From contig JAYQLI010000035.1 in NCBI GenBank assembly GCA_038143065.1, positions 1,632,894 to 1,696,893 of the forward strand: 64,000 nt of DNA, read 5' to 3'. A program made the translations under genes and the position numbers. The notes under the pieces were generated by a model, which did not search any database, was not told the DNA's origin, and worked only from the letters and a program-made list of their open reading frames with translations. Of this stretch, positions 54,527 to 64,000 are shown piece after piece. Numbering within the stretch: the stretch's first letter is position 1; each line of letters begins with the position of its first letter. The DNA comes from Rhodospirillales bacterium (GTDB taxonomy: Bacteria > Pseudomonadota > Alphaproteobacteria > Bin95).

Positions 54527-55714
54527 TCAGGCGGCTCTCTCTATTGCAACTGCCGTGGCTTCACCACCACCAATGCAAATCGCGGCTACACCCTTCTTTA
54601 CGTCATTCTTCTGCATTGCTGTAATCAAGGCTGCAATAATGCGACCTCCAGAAGCACCAACTGGATGGCCGAGAGCGCACGCGCCTCCGTGCACGTTTAC
54701 CTTGTCTGCCGGCAAGTCAAATTCACGCATAGCTGCCATGGGCACTACAGCAAAGGCTTCATTAATTTCGTAGAGGCCCACCTCATCTTTAGACCAGCCT
54801 GTCTTATCGAATAGTTTTTGCATTGCACCTACGGGCGCAGTGGTAAACCAACGCGGGGCCTGGCTGTGAGTGGTATGTGTAACAATAGTAGCTAAAGGTG
54901 TTAGGCCACGTCTTTCAGCTTCCGAGCGACGCATCAGAACAAGAGCGGCTGCACCATCTGAAATGGAAGATGAATTCGCAGGCGTCACAGTGCCGTCCTT
55001 AGAGAAGGCAGGGCGCAAGCTAGGAATCTTTTCAATATTTGCAGAAAAGGGCTGTTCATCCCGTTCTACAGTGACCTCTCCTTTACGAGTTTTGAGAGTA
55101 TAGGGGACTAATTCATCCTTAAATGAGCCGTCCTCATTTGCCTGCTTCGCACGAGTTAAACTCCGGATGGCATACTCATCTTGCTGCTCACGCGTGAACT
55201 GATAATGCTGAGCCGTCGCTTCGGCAAAATGCCCCATTAATTGACCGGGCTCGTATGCATCCTCAAGTCCGTCCCAAAACATGGCATCAAGAAATTGGCC
55301 ATGGCCCATGCGCATCCCATGGCGCGCTTTTTGAACCATGTATGGGATGTTTGTCATGCTCTCAAAACCGCCGGTAACGGCAACATTGATTGAGCCTGCC
55401 ATTAGTCCATCATAGCCTTGCATAGTTGCCTTCATGCCTGAACCACAAAGCTTATTTATTGTGGTAGCTCCTGTAGCTTCGGGGATCCCTGCATAAATTG
55501 ATGCCTGTCTGGCTGGACCCTGGCGTTGCCCGTGAGGAAGAACGCATCCCATTACAACCTCATCAACATCTGCGGATGCTACACCTGCGCGGGATAGCGC
55601 CGCCTTCATGGCAGCTGCTCCCAATTCAGGGCCAGTCGCATCTGCCAGCACACCATTAAAGCCGCCCATTGGGGTGCGGGCCATACCAACGATGACTACG
55701 GGATCTGCGCTCAT
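54527..55714 (-). CDS. Acetyl-CoA C-acyltransferase (thiolase)
   Basis: RTPMG, NKLCGSG, NSSSISDGAAA, EINEAFA, GHPVGASG, CIGGG. Confidence 0.95.
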   Translation of the reverse strand: MSADPVVIVGMARTPMGGFNGVLADATGPELGAAAMKAALSRAGVASADVDEVVMGCVLPHGQRQGPARQASIYAGIPEATGATTINKLCGSGMKATMQGYDGLMAGSINVAVTGGFESMTNIPYMVQKARHGMRMGHGQFLDAMFWDGLEDAYEPGQLMGHFAEATAQHYQFTREQQDEYAIRSLTRAKQANEDGSFKDELVPYTLKTRKGEVTVERDEQPFSANIEKIPSLRPAFSKDGTVTPANSSSISDGAAALVLMRRSEAERRGLTPLATIVTHTTHSQAPRWFTTAPVGAMQKLFDKTGWSKDEVGLYEINEAFAVVPMAAMREFDLPADKVNVHGGACALGHPVGASGGRIIAALITAMQKNDVKKGVAAICIGGGEATAVAIERAA

Positions 55715-55760
55715 CTTACTCTCCTAAACTAAAAATCTCGAGGGACTATAAGCGGTGGAC

Positions 55761-56264
55761 TTAAAGCTCGCCACCTAATGTTTTTGAATAAAAGTATTCG
55801 ATGGATTTAGAGAGGTCTTCCAACTCTCTGGTTCGGCCATCCTTAAAGTAACCCAAATGCTCATAAAAACTATGCGCGTCCTCAAATCTAGTATCCGTCC
55901 AAAGGACTATCCTTTTTGCTCCACGATCGGCAGCGTGTTCCTCGGCCAAACTCATTAAACTGCTGCCGAGGCCCGCTCGTCGGAGATTTGGATGGATATA
56001 CATTTTTGTTACCTCCCACGCCCCACCAACTTCGCCAGCCGGAGCAACGGCAACTGAGCCAATAACGATATCGTCAGAGAGGGCACACCACGCTATTCCG
56101 CCCTTTTCCTCATAGTCTGAAGAAATCGTATCCAGCCAAGCCATTTCACCATATCTGTCGAAGATGCAGCCCTCATATTCGGACCAACAAAGTTGAATAA
56201 GCTGCCCTACAAGGTCTCCATCCTCATCACGAGCAGGCCTGACTACAATTGTGGTATCGGTCAT
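55761..56264 (-). CDS. GNAT family N-acetyltransferase
   Basis: MYIHP.LRRAGLG motif A, LWTDTRF..AH.FY..LGY. Confidence 0.88.
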   Translation of the reverse strand: MTDTTIVVRPARDEDGDLVGQLIQLCWSEYEGCIFDRYGEMAWLDTISSDYEEKGGIAWCALSDDIVIGSVAVAPAGEVGGAWEVTKMYIHPNLRRAGLGSSLMSLAEEHAADRGAKRIVLWTDTRFEDAHSFYEHLGYFKDGRTRELEDLSKSIEYFYSKTLGGEL

Positions 56265-57688
56265 CAGAGCAACACTACTGCAGCGAGCCCTAGAAAGGCG
56301 AAAAAGCCGAAAACGTCCGTGACGGTGGTTAGCAAAACCGTGGATGCGATAGCTGGATCCACTTTAATGCGCTCTAAGAATACTGGGATCACTGCCCCGA
56401 AAAAACCTGCCGAGATGAGGTTCCCGATCATCGCTACAGCTATCACAAGACCCAAAACTAGATCAGAAAACCATATTCCGGCCATTATGCCAGCTATAAC
56501 GGCAAGGACAGCGCCATTAACCGCGGCAACTAGCACTTCCTTACCAATGAGCCGCACCGCATTACTGCGTGAGAGTTCACGCGTTGAAAGCGCTCTGACC
56601 ACTACAGTCAATGTTTGCGTTCCAGCATTACCTCCCATAGAGGCGACTATCGGCATTAATACCGCCAGCGCTACAATTTCCTGAATTGTGGCGTCAAAAA
56701 GTGAGATTACCAGCGAGGCGAGCACTGCCGTTATTAAATTTATTAACAGCCAAGGGAAGCGAGATTTCATAGTCTGAAAGGCTGCTCGGTATAAATCGTC
56801 TCCAGAGAGGCCACCGAGCCGCATCACATCCTCTTCATGCTCCTCATCGATAACATCAACAATATCGTCAATGGTAACCACACCGATCAAGCAACCTCGA
56901 CTATCAACGACGGGAGCTGACACAAGATCTTGGCGGCGGAAAACATTAGCGAGAGCCTCCTGGTCCATATCCACTGGCACAGGCGTTAAATCCGTAGACA
57001 TGATATCTTGAACATGAACGCCTCGACGGCTCTTTAAGAGACGCGATAATGGAAGCGCACCCAAGGGCCTATGGCGCGGATCAACGATAAAAATATCATA
57101 AAAATCATCTGGGACGTCTGGACTGGAGCGCATAAAATCAATCGCATCACCAACTGTCCAAAACGCGGGTATGGCAAGCAGCTCACGCTGCATCAGACGA
57201 CCGGCTGACTCTTCCTCGTACTCAAGCCCTCGCCTGATAAGAACACTATCAGCTTCAGGAAGGCGAGCTAGAACCTCTTCGCGCTCATCTTCATCAAGAT
57301 CAGCAATGATCTCGATGGCATCGTCCGTATCGAGTGCACTGACGGCAGTCGCCAATTCTTCCGGCTCAAGATGCTCTAGAACTGCCTCACGCAGATCCTC
57401 GTCGACTTCAGCGAACGTTTCTGGGTCAACAACATCTTTAACAGTGGCAACAAGCGAATCGCGACGTTCGGGGTCTAACGCCTCAAACAAGTCGGCAATG
57501 TCAGCTGCCCACATGTCAGAAACGCTGGCACGGAGCCAAGCCTCATCGCCCGCATCGAGACGCTCAACAACCTCCCCAATAAAACCAGAGGTCACGCCCT
57601 CACGATCAACCGATTCTGAAGAAATTTGCTGTAATTCTGAGCTTTCGTCCGCCCCAGTGGCGGGATTCTCTTCGACCGCCATGGCCAT
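56264..57688 (-). CDS. mgtE: Magnesium transporter MgtE
   Basis: MgtE N-domain, SAGRLM, CBS pair, ASMGGNAGTQ, DPAIAS..LTTVTD. Confidence 0.96.
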   Translation of the reverse strand: MAMAVEENPATGADESSELQQISSESVDREGVTSGFIGEVVERLDAGDEAWLRASVSDMWAADIADLFEALDPERRDSLVATVKDVVDPETFAEVDEDLREAVLEHLEPEELATAVSALDTDDAIEIIADLDEDEREEVLARLPEADSVLIRRGLEYEEESAGRLMQRELLAIPAFWTVGDAIDFMRSSPDVPDDFYDIFIVDPRHRPLGALPLSRLLKSRRGVHVQDIMSTDLTPVPVDMDQEALANVFRRQDLVSAPVVDSRGCLIGVVTIDDIVDVIDEEHEEDVMRLGGLSGDDLYRAAFQTMKSRFPWLLINLITAVLASLVISLFDATIQEIVALAVLMPIVASMGGNAGTQTLTVVVRALSTRELSRSNAVRLIGKEVLVAAVNGAVLAVIAGIMAGIWFSDLVLGLVIAVAMIGNLISAGFFGAVIPVFLERIKVDPAIASTVLLTTVTDVFGFFAFLGLAAVVLL

Positions 57689-57723
57689 CTCCGCTTCGCC
57701 AAAGGACTGAAAGCCTAAGTAAA

Positions 57724-57811
57724 TGGTGCGGTCGAGAAGACTCGAACTTCCACGGGATATTATCCCACAGCGACCTCAACGCTGCGCGTCTACCAATTCC
57801 GCCACGACCGC
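57724..57811 (-). tRNA. tRNA-Leu (anticodon GAG), encoded CCA
   Basis: Reverse complement GCGGTCGTGGCGGAATTGGTAGACGCGCAGCGTTGAGGTCGCTGTGGGATAATATCCCGTGGAAGTTCGAGTCTTCTCGACCGCACCA folds into a cloverleaf with long variable arm and TTCGA T-loop. Confidence 0.96.
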
Positions 57812-57860
57812 TTATGTTCGGTGTAGTAAAAACCTTACCGAAGGTGAGAGCGGATAGCAG

Positions 57861-58532
57861 ATGTGCGATAAGGGATCAAGCAGGCTTCAAATAGATTGGC
57901 GCGTTGATGATAGGGTCATAGCCTATCCAGACGCTGTGGAAGCAATGGAGACACGCGTAGCAGGGATCCGTGATAGCTCTGCATCCGAGTTAATATGGCT
58001 AACCGAGCACCCACCCCTTTACACGGCTGGGTCAAGCGCTGACCCAGCAGAGTTAATAAGTCCAGACCGTTTTCCTGTGTTTCAAACTGGTCGCGGCGGC
58101 AAACACACCTATCACGGTCCTGGACAACGTATCGCCTACGTCATGATGGATCTGAAGGCACGCAACTCGGACGTAAGAAAGTATGTTAGAGCCCTCGAAG
58201 AGTGGATAATTCTTACGCTGGCGCGGTTTGCAGTGAAGGGTGAACGCAGAGAGGGCCGAATCGGTGTCTGGGTAGTTCTTCCAGGAAAACAGGAAGCCAA
58301 AATAGCAGCCATCGGCGTTCGAGTGCGCCGTTGGGTGACCCTGCACGGCCTAAGCATAAACGTCGATCCGGATCTTTCACATTACGGCGGCATAATTCCC
58401 TGCGGCATCAGTGACTTTGGCGTCACGTCCCTTGCGGCCTTGGGCCAGTTTCCAACAATTCCTGAAGTAGACATGGCTCTGAAAGAAACGTTCCCCCAGG
58501 CATTTGCGGAATTTGGGGTTGGTGAAGGATGA
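57861..58532 (+). CDS. lipB: Lipoyl(octanoyl) transferase
   Basis: [37 protein letters not shown]. Confidence 0.95.
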   Translation: MCDKGSSRLQIDWRVDDRVIAYPDAVEAMETRVAGIRDSSASELIWLTEHPPLYTAGSSADPAELISPDRFPVFQTGRGGKHTYHGPGQRIAYVMMDLKARNSDVRKYVRALEEWIILTLARFAVKGERREGRIGVWVVLPGKQEAKIAAIGVRVRRWVTLHGLSINVDPDLSHYGGIIPCGISDFGVTSLAALGQFPTIPEVDMALKETFPQAFAEFGVGEG

Positions 58533-58691
58533 CCGTGAACACAGGTCGATAATTTTTAGAAATAATGCAGGGCTTCTGGGCCAAATGCCTCGCGGGTTCC
58601 CCAAAAATTATAATCGCAAACATTTATCTCGCTTATGGACGGCAGACGCCCTACTTACCTAAAATGCTGTCTTAACATTGGAGCAGGCAAA

Positions 58692-60863
58692 ATGGTCGAG
58701 AGAATTTCCGCAGGTGGATTACAAGTTGCTAAACCTCTTCACGATTTTATTCAAACAGAGGCTCTACCTGGGTCAGGCGTCGATGCAACCGCTTTCTGGG
58801 ACGCGTTAGGCAACCTCATTCACGACTTAGCTCCTAAGAACCGTGCACTTCTTGCAAAGCGAGAAGAGCTGCAATAGCAAATAGATAATTGGCACAACGC
58901 TCGCAGGGGTCAGCCTCATGACCACAATGCCTACGTAAAGTTTCTTGGCGAGATTGGGTATCTTGTGCCTGAAGGAGCCGACTTCAATATCGACACGCCA
59001 GATGTTGATGATGAAATCGCGACGATTGCTGGTCCGCAACTTGTAGTTCCAGTTATGAACGCGCGTTATGCTCTCAATGCAGCCAATGCGCGCTGGGGAA
59101 GCCTTTATGATGCGTTGTATGGCACTGATGCAATTTCTGAAGATGACGGCGCAACCCGTGCCGGTGGCTACAATCCAACACGCGGCTCGAAGGTTATAGG
59201 TTGGGCCCGGGAATTCTTGGATGCGTCATGCCCACTTTCTAGTGGCAGCCATAAAGACGCTACTGAATATGTGATAGATAGCAGCACCCTCTCAGTAAAA
59301 ATGAGCGATGGTTCTACTAGTGGTCTGAAAGACGTGGGCGCCTTTGCCGGCTTCAGAGGTGATGCGGCCAACCCTTCTGCAATCCTCTTACGAAATAACA
59401 GCCTTCACGTCGAAATTTCAATCGACCGCAGCCACCCAATTGGCAAAGATGATAAGGCTGGCATTGCTGACGTAGTGTTAGAGTCTGCCATCACAACGAT
59501 CATGGATCTTGAAGATTCAATCGCGGCTGTGGATGCAGAAGACAAGGCTGACGCTTACCGAAATTGGTTAGGTCTGTTGAGTGGCGACCTTGAAGACTCT
59601 TTCGAGAAGGGTGGGTCGATGATGACCCGTAAGCTCAATCCAGACAGAGAGTACAAGGGGGCAGACGGACAAAATCTAACTTTGCCTGGTCGATCCTTGA
59701 TGCTTGTGCGGAATGTTGGCCACCTTATGACCAACCCAGCGGTTCTAGATAGGGATGGCGCAGAAGCACCTGAAGGCCTCCTTGATGCGATGATCACGGG
59801 GCTTATTTCCCTTCATGACGGTAAAGGTGCTAATGGCCTAAAGAATAGCCGCAAGGGTTCTCTTTACGTTGTAAAACCTAAAATGCATGGACCAGAAGAA
59901 GTTGCCTTTGCTAATGAAATTTTTGGTCGTGTCGAAGACGCACTAGGAATGAAGCGCAACACAATCAAGATGGGCATCATGGATGAGGAACGCCGCACAT
60001 CGGCTAACCTCAAAGAGTGTATCCGTGCAGCCAAAAGCCGAGTTGCATTCATCAACACCGGGTTCCTAGACCGCACAGGCGACGAGATGCATACGTCCAT
60101 GGAAGCAGGTCCAATGATCCGAAAGGCAGACATGAAGGGAACCAAATGGATCGCTGCCTACGAAAATAGAAACGTTGATATTGGCATTGAAGCTGGCCTA
60201 CCCGGCCGCGCTCAAATCGGTAAAGGTATGTGGGCGATGCCGGACCTTATGGCCGATATGCTTGATCAAAAAATTGGTCATCCAAAATCAGGTGCCAATA
60301 CGGCTTGGGTACCATCACCAACTGCTGCAACTTTGCACGCGACCCACTACCATCAGGTAAATGTGCCGTCTCTGCAGAAAACATTAGCGTCACGTGGACG
60401 TGGCAGCTTAGATGATATGCTAACCATACCTGTGGCTGATCGACCAAATTGGTCAGACGAAGAAATCCGACAAGAACTAGACAATAATGCCCAAGGAATT
60501 CTTGGATATGTTGTCCGCTGGGTAGACCAAGGTGTTGGCTGCTCTAAAGTTCCTGACATTAATGACATAGGCTTGATGGAAGACCGCGCCACGTGCCGTA
60601 TTTCCAGCCAGCACATTGCAAATTGGCTCCACCATGGTGTTTGTACACGCGAGCAAGTGGAGACAACTATGCAGCGAATGGCTACAGTAGTGGACCGCCA
60701 AAACTCTGGTGATCCAGCTTATAGGCCTATGGCACCAAGCTTTGATGGTGTTGCATACAAGGCCGCGTGCGATCTTGTATTCGAGGGAACCTCCCAGCCA
60801 TCTGGGTACACCGAGCCTGTACTCCACCGTCGTCGCCTCGAGAGAAAGGCGCAGCATAGATAG
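58692..60863 (+). CDS. glcB: Malate synthase G; in-frame TAG at 58875-58877
   Basis: [72 protein letters not shown]; upstream ORF is in the same frame (REELQ*QIDNWH). Confidence 0.95.
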
Positions 60864-60894
60864 AAGGTAAACACACGACTTTGTTTTAGGCCGC

Positions 60895-61086
60895 CTAGCG
60901 TTTAGTTGAAACTGCGCGAGTGCGTTTCCACGTTAGCGCGGCCATAATACCAGCGCCGACGATTAAGACACCCAAAACACCGAGGCTTATAACAGCATGA
61001 CCGAGGTGTAGGTGTAAATCTACTCCATCATGTGCAGAAGCCACTGTTGGAACAAACAAAGCAGCGAGAGATATCAAACGTTTCAT
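60895..61086 (-). CDS. Small His-rich membrane protein at the end of the urease operon
   Basis: 63 aa: signal peptide ending ASA-H, HDGVDLHLHLGH, one TM helix, basic tail; TAATG overlap with ureG stop. Confidence 0.65.
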   Translation of the reverse strand: MKRLISLAALFVPTVASAHDGVDLHLHLGHAVISLGVLGVLIVGAGIMAALTWKRTRAVSTKR

Positions 61087-61726
61087 TAAGCGGCACTCCC
61101 ATTATGGTTGGCATCTAATCCACCAGCTTCAACAATAAAGTTAACGATAGTTTCAAGGCCTTCGCCTGCTTTCAGGTTTGTAAAGACGAAAGGCCTATCA
61201 CCCCTCATACGCTCAGTATCACTTTTCATGATGTCTAAATTGGCCCCCACCAGAGGCGCCAGATCGGTCTTATTAATAATGAGGAGATCTGAACGGGTGA
61301 TACCTGGCCCTCCTTTCCGTGGAATTTTTTCACCTGCTGCAACGTCAATCACATAAAGGGTTAAGTCAGCCAACTCTGGGCTGAAAGTTGCCGCCAAATT
61401 ATCTCCGCCTGACTCAATGAGGCATAATTCTGCCATTGGAAATTTGCCACTCATGTCTGCGATTGCAGATAAATTAATTGATGCATCCTCACGAATGGCA
61501 GTGTGAGGGCACCCCCAGTTTCAACACCCTCAATTCTTTCAGGTGGCAATGCCCCTGTACGCGTTAGGATCATCTGATCTTCTTTAGTGTAGATATCATT
61601 TGTAATTACAAAGAGATCATAATCATCACGCAATGCCTTACAGAGGGATTCACAAAGCGCTGTTTTGCCAGATCCGACGTGACCACCAATTCCAACCCGA
61701 AGAGGGCCGTGTTGAGACAAGCTCAT
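61086..61726 (-). CDS. ureG: Urease accessory GTPase UreG; frameshift near 61515
   Basis: RVGIGG.VGSGKT, TNDIYT.ED, GVETGG(CPH), [31 protein letters not shown]. Confidence 0.95.
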
Positions 61727-62393
61727 GATCTAAAAATCCTCGTGTATTGAGTTTCATGTTTCATCGAGTGAACATCGAGCATTGGAGTTGCAGTCCATAG
61801 GCTCTCAATATCGTCAACCCCTCCACCGCATCTGCAACTGATTGTTCCAGTGATGCAATTGTGCGCTGGCCATCTGTTTGACCGAGAGGCACTAATCTTA
61901 CGCCCGCAGAGACGATATTTGCGATAAAGGCTTGCATGTAGAGGGATAAAGCTACCTCCAGGGGCGCATCATGTACTCCCGCAACAAAACCAGCAGCGAC
62001 AGGCAGTGGTGGACGTATTTTAAGTTCATTCTGGAAGTTAATAATTTCTACTCTTGGCCAAACAGAGGCGATCGTTTTTAAGAAAGCCTCGCCTTGCATA
62101 TCACTTTCAAGTGTCAATTCAGCCGTTGTCGACCATGCTGCCGCTTCACTCGCTAACGCGGCCGCCAACACAGGATAGTTAGCCAATCCGTGAGCTGTTT
62201 TAAAAAATGCCGCCTCTGTTCTTCCAGAGCCAAATAACAAAAGGTCCTGCAGCCACTTGGTTAATGTTGAGCGGTCGAAAACATCGCCAGCCTCGATCGC
62301 CGCTTCTAAGCCGTGGCTGTAGGAAAAAGCACCTATTGGAAAGGCGGGCGAAAACCAAGTCTGCAGTTTGAGTAAGGTTTGGGCATCAATCAT
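61723..62393 (-). CDS. ureF: Urease accessory protein UreF; frameshift near 61815
   Basis: [32 protein letters not shown]; alternate frame ends [11 protein letters not shown] with stop overlapping ureG start. Confidence 0.93.
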
Positions 62394-62883
62394 GATGATG
62401 ATGCCCCCCGTGGTCATAGCCATGCTCATGGTCATGATCATGGCCTTGAGCGTGCCCTCCATAAGCCCCACCCTCAGGCTGAAAAGGTTCTTCAACCCTC
62501 TTAGTATTCCCGCCAAGGCCTCGCACCATATCCTCCAATACATGGTCGGGCCGAATTAATATTCGGCCTTCCTGCACTTCCGCTGGAGTGTGTCTATTGC
62601 CCAAATGCCATGCTAGCTTCATTAGCGTCAGAATATCTGGAGCGGTAACCTCAATTAGCTTTTCTGGTTTAGCTACTATTTTAAACCAACGACCGTCGCT
62701 TGCGCACAGGCCATCTCCATTAGCCATTGCTACTGCTTTAGATAGGTCAAGTAATAGGTATTCACCACTTTCAGCGCGGAGCCTAATTCGGCGACGATGA
62801 CGTTCATCAAAGTCTAACAGAATTTCTGCCACTGATTGACCTGGCCACTGGCCAACTGGAGCGTGTTTGGTTGACGTTAACAT
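62386..62883 (-). CDS. ureE: Urease nickel chaperone UreE
   Basis: R.RRR..L, LAWHLGNRH, DHVL..M..GLG, PFQPEGGAY, His-rich tail. Confidence 0.95.
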   Translation of the reverse strand: MLTSTKHAPVGQWPGQSVAEILLDFDERHRRRIRLRAESGEYLLLDLSKAVAMANGDGLCASDGRWFKIVAKPEKLIEVTAPDILTLMKLAWHLGNRHTPAEVQEGRILIRPDHVLEDMVRGLGGNTKRVEEPFQPEGGAYGGHAQGHDHDHEHGYDHGGHHHHD

Positions 62884-64000
62884 TAGAAAAGGAAGTACCG
62901 CTGGGCCATAGAAACTACCTCTGCGGGTTCGCAGGTGAGGAGTGCACCATCCGCCTTAACTTCGTAAGTCTCTGGGTCAACTTCAATTGATGGGGTTAAG
63001 TCATTTAACTTCATTGATGCTTTGGAAATATTTCTCACTCCTTTGACTGGCAGCAATTGCTTGTCCACTTCATGGCCAAAATTTAAACCTGCTTCACTAA
63101 CAAAGGTGATGCTGGTGCGAGAGCGTGCCTTTCCATACGCGCCAAACATTGGTCGATAGAGCTCTGGTTGAGGTGTTGGAATAGAAGCATTGGGGTCGCC
63201 CATCACTGCAGCAGCAATCATCCCACCCTTCACTACTAGGTCAGGTTTAACGCCAAAAAATGCGGGCGACCAAATCACTAAATCGGCTAACTTACCAACC
63301 TCTACAGATCCAATATGGTCGGACATGCCATGAGTAATGGCTGGATTTATTGTATACTTTGCGATGTAGCGACGAGCGCGAAGATTATCATTTTCACCAG
63401 TTTCACCTGACAATCGCCCAAATTGCTTTTTCATTTTATCAGCTGTCTGCCAGGTGCGGATCAGCTCCTCTCCCACACGTCCCATCGCCTGACTATCAGA
63501 AGCAATAATCGAGAATGCGCCCATGTCATGCAGAATATCTTCAGCTGCAATAGTTTCCTTTCGGATACGGCTTTCGGCGAATGCAATATCTTCAGGGATT
63601 TTAGGATCCAGGTGGTGGCAGACCATTAACATGTCGAGGTGCTCATCAACTGTATTAACAGTGAATGGTCTAGTGGGGTTTGTTGAAGAAGGTATTACGT
63701 TTTGGAGACCACAAACCTTGATGATATCTGGGGCATGACCACCGCCAGCACCCTCAGTATGAAATGCATGAATTGTCCTACCATCGATTGCTCGAACGGT
63801 ATCTTCAACAAACCCAGACTCATTCAGCGTGTCAGTATGGATCATCACTTGGATATCCATGTCATCTGCCACGCTGAGGCATGTATCTATTGCGGCAGGT
63901 GTAGTGCCCCAATCTTCATGTAACTTGAGCGCACAAGCTCCTGCGTTAATTTGGTCAACTAGGGGTGTCGCCGATGAAGCGTTTCCCTTACCAGAAAAAC
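62883..64000 (-). CDS. ureC: Urease subunit alpha, 5' part beyond window edge
   Basis: [60 protein letters not shown]-terminal AQRYFLF. Confidence 0.97.
   Translation of the reverse strand, partial: FSGKGNASSATPLVDQINAGACALKLHEDWGTTPAAIDTCLSVADDMDIQVMIHTDTLNESGFVEDTVRAIDGRTIHAFHTEGAGGGHAPDIIKVCGLQNVIPSSTNPTRPFTVNTVDEHLDMLMVCHHLDPKIPEDIAFAESRIRKETIAAEDILHDMGAFSIIASDSQAMGRVGEELIRTWQTADKMKKQFGRLSGETGENDNLRARRYIAKYTINPAITHGMSDHIGSVEVGKLADLVIWSPAFFGVKPDLVVKGGMIAAAVMGDPNASIPTPQPELYRPMFGAYGKARSRTSITFVSEAGLNFGHEVDKQLLPVKGVRNISKASMKLNDLTPSIEVDPETYEVKADGALLTCEPAEVVSMAQRYFLF

Noticed and set aside
57171-57710. 179-aa Ser-rich plus-strand ORF
   Set aside because: Antisense shadow of acidic MgtE codons; the same applies to most other short overlapping ORFs in the track
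57724-57811. tRNA-Leu as an integration site for a genomic island
   Set aside because: Flanked by housekeeping mgtE and lipB; no integrase and no duplicated tRNA 3' end seen
9921-58877. Genome-wide stop-codon reassignment (TGA=Gly/Trp or TAG sense)
   Set aside because: TGA and TAG both end many genes at their expected C-termini (liuD, aroC and lipB with TGA; fabI and glcB with TAG), and internal stops are rare and of both types
696-62393. Programmed ribosomal frameshifting or phase variation at the split genes
   Set aside because: The affected families are not known recoding targets, the runs are short and varied, and the high density fits sequencing error
62386-62450. Short tandem CATGAT/CATGGT-like repeats
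   Set aside because: They simply encode the His-rich tail of UreE; not a CRISPR or independent repeat

Overview
This is a gene-dense bacterial chromosome segment, most likely from a marine alphaproteobacterium (inferred from gene content: fabI-aroC, mgtE-tRNA-Leu-lipB, glcB, urease, TRAP transporter). It holds about 55 mostly catabolic, transport and housekeeping genes and one tRNA-Leu(GAG). I found no mobile element, CRISPR array or recognisable transcription factor. About 20 single-base frameshifts (mostly in homopolymers) and four isolated nonsense codons split conserved genes, including housekeeping ones. This points to uncorrected sequencing or assembly error, so split genes are reported as single CDSs. 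One in-frame stop is different: the TGA at 48433-48435 (-) sits in a UxxC motif (N-U-P-V-C-H) of a PrdB/GrdB-like protein and is followed directly by a bacterial SECIS-like hairpin. This indicates a selenoprotein that the ORF track splits in two. It is translationally coupled to a family III CoA-transferase, lacks the usual PrdA/GrdA partners in the window, and lies in a ~15 kb cluster with SoxB, TRAP, a DUF1445 cyclase, TauD and hydantoinase/oxoprolinase genes. A second candidate uncharacterised system is a ~13 kb operon of four glycosyltransferases, a histidine phosphatase, a deacetylase-like protein and an Opp-type ABC importer.
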